Below the pieces are notes generated by a model. The model made no database searches. It was not told the DNA's origin and worked only from the letters and a program-made list of their open reading frames with translations. From an uncultured delta proteobacterium (GTDB taxonomy: Bacteria > Desulfobacterota > RBG-13-43-22), in assembly GCA_963802945.1 (NCBI GenBank), contig CAWDKY010000030.1, positions 32,001 to 96,000 of the forward strand: DNA of 64,000 bases, given 5' to 3'. Positions within the stretch are counted from its first letter, which is position 1. Each line of letters starts with the position of its first letter. The position numbers were made by a program, and so were the translations under genes. This document shows positions 59,698-64,000 of this stretch, piece by piece.

Positions 59698-60399
59698 ATG
59701 AAAGAAACACTCATCACACTTGACAACCTGAGTATAGGGTACAACGGCCAGTCTGTTCTGTCTGGAATCTCGCTCTCTCTCGTCCGGGCCAGCTTCACTG
59801 CCATTCTGGGTATCAACGGTTCGGGCAAATCGACTCTGCTCAAGACAATAATTGGACTGCTTCCCCCAACCGCAGGCCGCATTGACTCCGGACCGCTCAT
59901 GTTCGGTTACGTCCCCCAATCCATTCAGCTCGATCCGGTTTATCTGCTGACGGGGTTTGAAGTTGCCCTGATGGGTGCCTACGGACGAATCCGACCTGGG
60001 CATTTTGTCCCGCCGACCGAACGGGCCTTCACGCGGGAATGCCTAGGCGCGGCAGGTGCTGAAGAGTTTGCCGTGAAGCGGTTTGCCGAGCTCTCCGGCG
60101 GTCAGAAGCAACGGGTGCTCATCGCCCGAGCCCTGACGACGCGTCCTGACGTCCTGGTGCTCGACGAACCTACCGCGGGTGTAGACCAAGCAGCGACGCA
60201 AGCGGTGCTGGAGTTTCTTGAACAAATACGTAAGGAAAAGAAGATCACGATCTTGCTTGTCACGCACGACTTTGCGATGGTGCGCCATCACGCCGAGCAA
60301 GTCATCTGGCTTCACGAAGGCAAGGTGCTCCACGGTACCACGGACGAACTGCTCACCCGGGAGAAAATGGCGGAAATTTTTGAAATGGAGGTCGGCTGA
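59698..60399 (+). CDS. ZnuC-like ABC ATPase
   Basis: GINGSGKST, LSGGQKQR, DEPTAGVD, THD. Confidence 0.92.
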   Translation: MKETLITLDNLSIGYNGQSVLSGISLSLVRASFTAILGINGSGKSTLLKTIIGLLPPTAGRIDSGPLMFGYVPQSIQLDPVYLLTGFEVALMGAYGRIRPGHFVPPTERAFTRECLGAAGAEEFAVKRFAELSGGQKQRVLIARALTTRPDVLVLDEPTAGVDQAATQAVLEFLEQIRKEKKITILLVTHDFAMVRHHAEQVIWLHEGKVLHGTTDELLTREKMAEIFEMEVG

Positions 60400-60400
60400 T

Positions 60401-61292
60401 ATGGAAACGTTATATCAGATTCTCACACCCGATTTTCTCCTACGTAACTCAGTTTATGCCAGCGTGCTCATCGGCTTTGCTTGCCCGCTCGTCGGTGTGT
60501 TTCTGGTGATGCGCCGGCTGGTGTTCATGGGCGTGGCCCTGCCGCAGATTTCCTCTACGGGCATCGCTATCGCCCTCTCGCTTCCCTTGTGGCTCGGATT
60601 CAAACTGGCCGATCATGGCTCACAAAGCGCCCACGCGCTTGCATTTGTGGGCTCGACGATCTTTTCGTTGACCGCAATCCTGGTGCTGGCCTTTCTGGAA
60701 CGGCGCGGGCAGGGCCTGCCCGAAGGTCGACTTGGATCAGCTTACGTCGTGGCCTCCGCATTGAGTATCCTGTTGCTGTCAAAAAACCCCTACGGCGAAA
60801 TCGGTTGGCTGGACCTGCTGAAGGGGGAGGTCATTACCATCTCCAATTTCGATCTCATACTGACGGTAGCCACCCTTACACTCGTTCTTGCAGTGCTTGG
60901 GCTGTTCCACAAGGAGTTGCTTCTCGTCTCGTTCGACCGCGTGATGGCCATTACACTTCGCAAAAATGTCGTTTTCTGGGACGTATTGCTTTATTTACTG
61001 ATTGGCCTGACCGTTTCCATGGCAGTACTCAGTGTCGGTCCGCTGATTGCCTTCGGATTTTTGCTGATTCCCGCGCTGACGGCACACCTGTTCGCACGGA
61101 AATATGCGCAACTTCACGGCGCTGGCCTCTTTGATCGGCGGCACAGCCGCCTTCCTCGGCTTCTGGACCGCCTATCAATGGGATTTACCGGTCGGCCCGA
61201 CCGATGTCGTTCTCCTGGGTGTACTCTATGCAACAGCCGGAGTTATCGCCAAGCTGCTCTCCGGCGGTCCACGACAGTCTCAAAAAGCTTAG
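60401..61292 (+). CDS. ZnuB-like permease, frameshift near 61100
   Basis: GVFLVMRRLVFMG, KELLLVSFD; C-terminus WDLPVGP is in another frame. Confidence 0.88.
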
Positions 61293-61420
61293 ACTGCACA
61301 GTTCATAGATGGGCCAGCAGTTTTGAAGGAACCGGCAGCACTTTTCAGAGAAAAAGGCTTCCATTCGGCTTTTAAGGATTTTTCTACAAACTCGTTAGGC
61401 TGAAACAGGGGGATACCAAG

Positions 61421-62032
61421 ATGCGAAATGCTTTGCGATTCTCGCTTATATTCATTGCTTTCCTATCACCGTTTCTTGGCCAACAGCCTATGGCTGCACC
61501 GGCAGAACAAAAGGAGATTCGAGCCGAAGGGGGAATCGAAAACTACGAGGCTGTCAGACACACTCTCGAGTTGAACGCCGCCGAAGACCCTGTCCGCCTA
61601 CTGTCCCTGCACAAGTCGTCCATTGTTGTCGCAGAGGCAAGGTTCATGTATAACGGGAACGGTACGTTCACGGACATGAAGCGGAAAATAATGTGGCAAC
61701 AAGGTGATAATGGGAAAGAGGTCACCTTCCAGGAGGCTCAGCAGTACTGCAAGACTCTACGGCTGGGTGGCTATACTGATTGGCGTCTGCCCGGACCGGA
61801 CGAACAAGAGACCGCAGTGGTTTTCGAATTGATGAGGCCCAGACATGCTCGCGATGTCTATGCCCATTTTGATCTCTATTGGTCATCAGACCCCACGGTC
61901 TTGCTCCCTTTCAATTATCGACCCGCTCATGGGACGCAGGTCTCGAGGACATACCCTGCAAAAGGCGACGACAGAGCCTTCGTAAGGGCTGTCCGTTCGT
62001 TAGGGTCTGCTAAACCCGACAGCGATAGCTAA
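61421..62032 (+). CDS. DUF1566 (Lcl) domain exported protein
   Basis: NGNGTFTD...MWQQ...AQQYC...GGYTDWRLP...YWSS...VRAVR. Confidence 0.85.
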   Translation: MRNALRFSLIFIAFLSPFLGQQPMAAPAEQKEIRAEGGIENYEAVRHTLELNAAEDPVRLLSLHKSSIVVAEARFMYNGNGTFTDMKRKIMWQQGDNGKEVTFQEAQQYCKTLRLGGYTDWRLPGPDEQETAVVFELMRPRHARDVYAHFDLYWSSDPTVLLPFNYRPAHGTQVSRTYPAKGDDRAFVRAVRSLGSAKPDSDS

Positions 62033-62448
62033 GGGAATTTTCCGAATGGGAAATAAATATCGTCATGATTTTAGAGTAAAGGAAAAATAGAAATCAAATA
62101 AGAATGACCAAACCACAAGATCAAGCGGTGGTAGATCGAAAAGACTTTCGCTTAGGCGGGATTAAAGTTAATATAGTTTATAAGATCGCTTTTAACGATA
62201 AAGCTGATTTCTATTATTGAACCCCTGACACGGTCTTTGTAAGTGAAAAGTTGTCTCTTTCTATAGAAGTTGAAAGAATCGCCCTGGAGGGATAAAGGGG
62301 GAAACCTGATTTTGAAGATTCAAATTTCCCCCAAATCATATATCTCTATTCTCAAAGATAAATTCTCCACCTACCAACCGCCAGATCATCCCCAACCATA
62401 TTATCTGGCTACGCAGGGCACCCCCCAAACCGTTTTAACCGATTACGG

Positions 62449-62922
62449 CTATCTCATGCTATACCCGCGTGCATCCAGGCAGGCACCCATCGCCCTTAGA
62501 TAGTTCGCACTCATTTGAGTTATCTGATTTCCAAGCATATTATCAGGCGGCGGCTTACTCGGGTCGTATCCGGTTTGGCCCACAGCCCAACTGTGGCACT
62601 CGTTACGATCAGTCATCTGTTTCTCTTGGCTCTGGCCCTGGTGGGGATAGATGAACAACTGGCCCCCTGAGGGTGTTGCCTGATTGCCTTCGTCTGGAGG
62701 TGGATTGTAATAGGCCGGTGGCGGCGGATAATAATAGGTTGGAGGAGGATAATAATAGGCCGGAGGGTAGTAATACCGTGGAGCCAGGCTCCAGCCTATG
62801 ACACTTCCGACAATCAATCCGGGAAGGAGCCAGCCTTCGCCGCGAAAAGCATTGGCCTGTTTGGCCGGTATTAATAGAGTTAACATCAAAAGGATACTTA
62901 GCAAACAAATGAGTTTTTTCAT
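62449..62922 (-). CDS. Exported Pro/Tyr-rich hypothetical protein
   Basis: Signal peptide, YYPPP repeats, YPHQGQSQE...ECHSWA...ACLDARGYS. Confidence 0.8.
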   Translation of the reverse strand: MKKLICLLSILLMLTLLIPAKQANAFRGEGWLLPGLIVGSVIGWSLAPRYYYPPAYYYPPPTYYYPPPPAYYNPPPDEGNQATPSGGQLFIYPHQGQSQEKQMTDRNECHSWAVGQTGYDPSKPPPDNMLGNQITQMSANYLRAMGACLDARGYSMR

Positions 62923-63173
62923 TGTTTTCTTGACCTCCTTAGAACTGGTTTATCTAATAACAAGTTAACTGAATTTTTATTTCGACCACCATTATAACTT
63001 AAATAAAAAATTCTTATTTTATCGAAGTTTGTTTATAACATTATTCGGCTCAATCTCTTTTTCTATTTTCTGACCTGATGGATAGTCCCATTAACATCTG
63101 CTCCTTATTGTTCTTAGATACCAAAGTCTAATACCAGGTTAAATTTATGTTAAAAATTTTTCTTCTATTTATT

Positions 63174-63317
63174 GAGGTTCTTGCAAATTTCTCAAATTTC
63201 GTCACACTGGCGTAAGCGAGTGTCTAGAATGCAATGAAAAGACTGGATTCCGGCTGGAGTCTATCCCGCACTTGATGCGGGGCCGGAATGACATCACTGG
63301 ACTTTTGCAAGAGGCTC
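63174..63317. repeat. REP-like palindromic repeat, same family as 34895
   Basis: Terminal gaggttcttgcaaa / tttgcaagaggctc; internal ggattccggc...gccggaatgac. Confidence 0.8.
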
Positions 63318-63521
63318 TATTATTACATGATTTTTAACCGAACCCCGATAGGTTATTTATAAAAACAGGGGAGGAAATGTTTTTTCCTAAGATCATATCC
63401 TCTTTGCTCTTCCTTGCAATTTTCAATAAACTTTTCTTTCGTTTCTTGAGAAACGCAAGACCTCAATTCAACCCAATAACCAAACTTACTAATTTTTCAC
63501 TAAGTTATGGGTAAAAATTTA

Positions 63522-63537
63522 TGGCATGTCCTTTGCT
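63522..63537 (+). promoter_or_regulatory. Sigma54 (-24/-12) promoter of the kdp operon
   Basis: TGGCATGTCCTTTGCT with exact GG-N10-GC spacing; candidate activator sites at 63413-63459. Confidence 0.8.
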
Positions 63538-63601
63538 TATTTTTAATTGAGATAAATTTATATCCGATCAATTCTTAACTAAAGACTGGAGGATTTTCGA
63601 A

Positions 63602-63697
63602 ATGACTCTTTTAATCTGGTTGCTGGTCTTGTTTCTCTTGGGCCTGGGGATGATGGGACTGTGTTACCTTTTCATGATGGGTTGCGACAGGGTATAA
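63602..63697 (+). CDS. 31-aa single-TM peptide preceding kdpF
   Basis: GGAGG RBS; MTLLIWLLVLFLLGLGMMGLCYLFMMGCDRV. Confidence 0.75.
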   Translation: MTLLIWLLVLFLLGLGMMGLCYLFMMGCDRV

Positions 63698-63718
63698 AAC
63701 AGACAGGAGGTGATAGCG

Positions 63719-63799
63719 ATGATCTATCTGACAGTGGTTGTAGCGGTCTTCTTGTTTGTTTATTTGGTAGTGGCCCTGATACGGCCGGAATGGTTTTAA
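63719..63799 (+). CDS. kdpF: KdpF
   Basis: AGGAGG RBS; MIYLTVVVAVFLFVYLVVALIRPEWF (YL..AL.RPE.F signature). Confidence 0.92.
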   Translation: MIYLTVVVAVFLFVYLVVALIRPEWF

Positions 63800-63845
63800 A
63801 AAAAGGCCGCAATGGATATTTGGGATACTGAAAGGAGTTAAAACA

Positions 63846-64000
63846 ATGTTTACCCAAACCTGGTTCCTTCCTTTTGCGCTTCTGGCAACAGCGACTCTTA
63901 TTGCATTCCCGTTAAGTCGCTACATGGCCTGGATCATGGATGGAAAATACCGGCCCTGGCCCATCCTGGGCTGGTTCGAAAAACGCCTGGACAGCGGCCC
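63846..64000 (+). CDS. kdpA: KdpA, 5' partial
   Basis: AAGGAG RBS; ...IAFPLSRYMAWIMDG...FEKRL; follows kdpF. Confidence 0.8.
   Translation, partial: MFTQTWFLPFALLATATLIAFPLSRYMAWIMDGKYRPWPILGWFEKRLDSG

Noticed and set aside
58825-60003. 392-aa minus-strand ORF
   Set aside because: Antisense shadow of GC-rich znuA/znuC-like genes
10701-61292. Six frameshifted genes as programmed frameshifting or genome decay
   Set aside because: All are short indels in otherwise intact genes, some in or next to base runs; sequencing/assembly error is more parsimonious, and read mapping is needed to decide
63138-63153. TTAAC-N6-TTAAC possible Pho box on the minus strand
   Set aside because: AT-rich context, no -10 at the expected spacing, far from the Pho island
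1-64000. CRISPR array, tRNA, rRNA, prophage or integrase
   Set aside because: None observed

Overview
A Gram-negative bacterial window, probably deltaproteobacterial/Desulfobacterota-like (inference from gene content and repeats), with several 1-bp frameshifts that look like assembly errors. It has three blocks. (1) 1-34 kb is a phosphate-starvation island: two pst operons with three pstS genes, a porin, PIN-PhoH, a secreted metallophosphoesterase, a phospholipase C-like gene, a PHP-glycosyltransferase fusion, and an unexplained operon (DUF3047-like, 812-aa GCL-like ligase, phosphatidylserine decarboxylase, Lgt-like). About ten Pho-box-like 11-bp-period repeats link these genes. (2) 34-41 kb holds housekeeping and K+ genes, including a c-di-AMP riboswitch before a KimA-like permease, der and a sigma54 regulator. 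(3) 41-64 kb is a metal-uptake block: DtxR-FeoA/feoB, two TonB-receptor units, a Znu-like cluster with a RAPP leader peptide, and the start of a sigma54-driven kdp operon. The two best candidates for undescribed systems are (a) the Pho-controlled ligase/PSD/Lgt-like triad, a possible phosphorus-free lipid pathway, and (b) a shared ANGAA-pentaloop hairpin/terminator leader before both TonB units, with a hidden CooT-family gene as candidate metal-responsive RNA-binding antiterminator.
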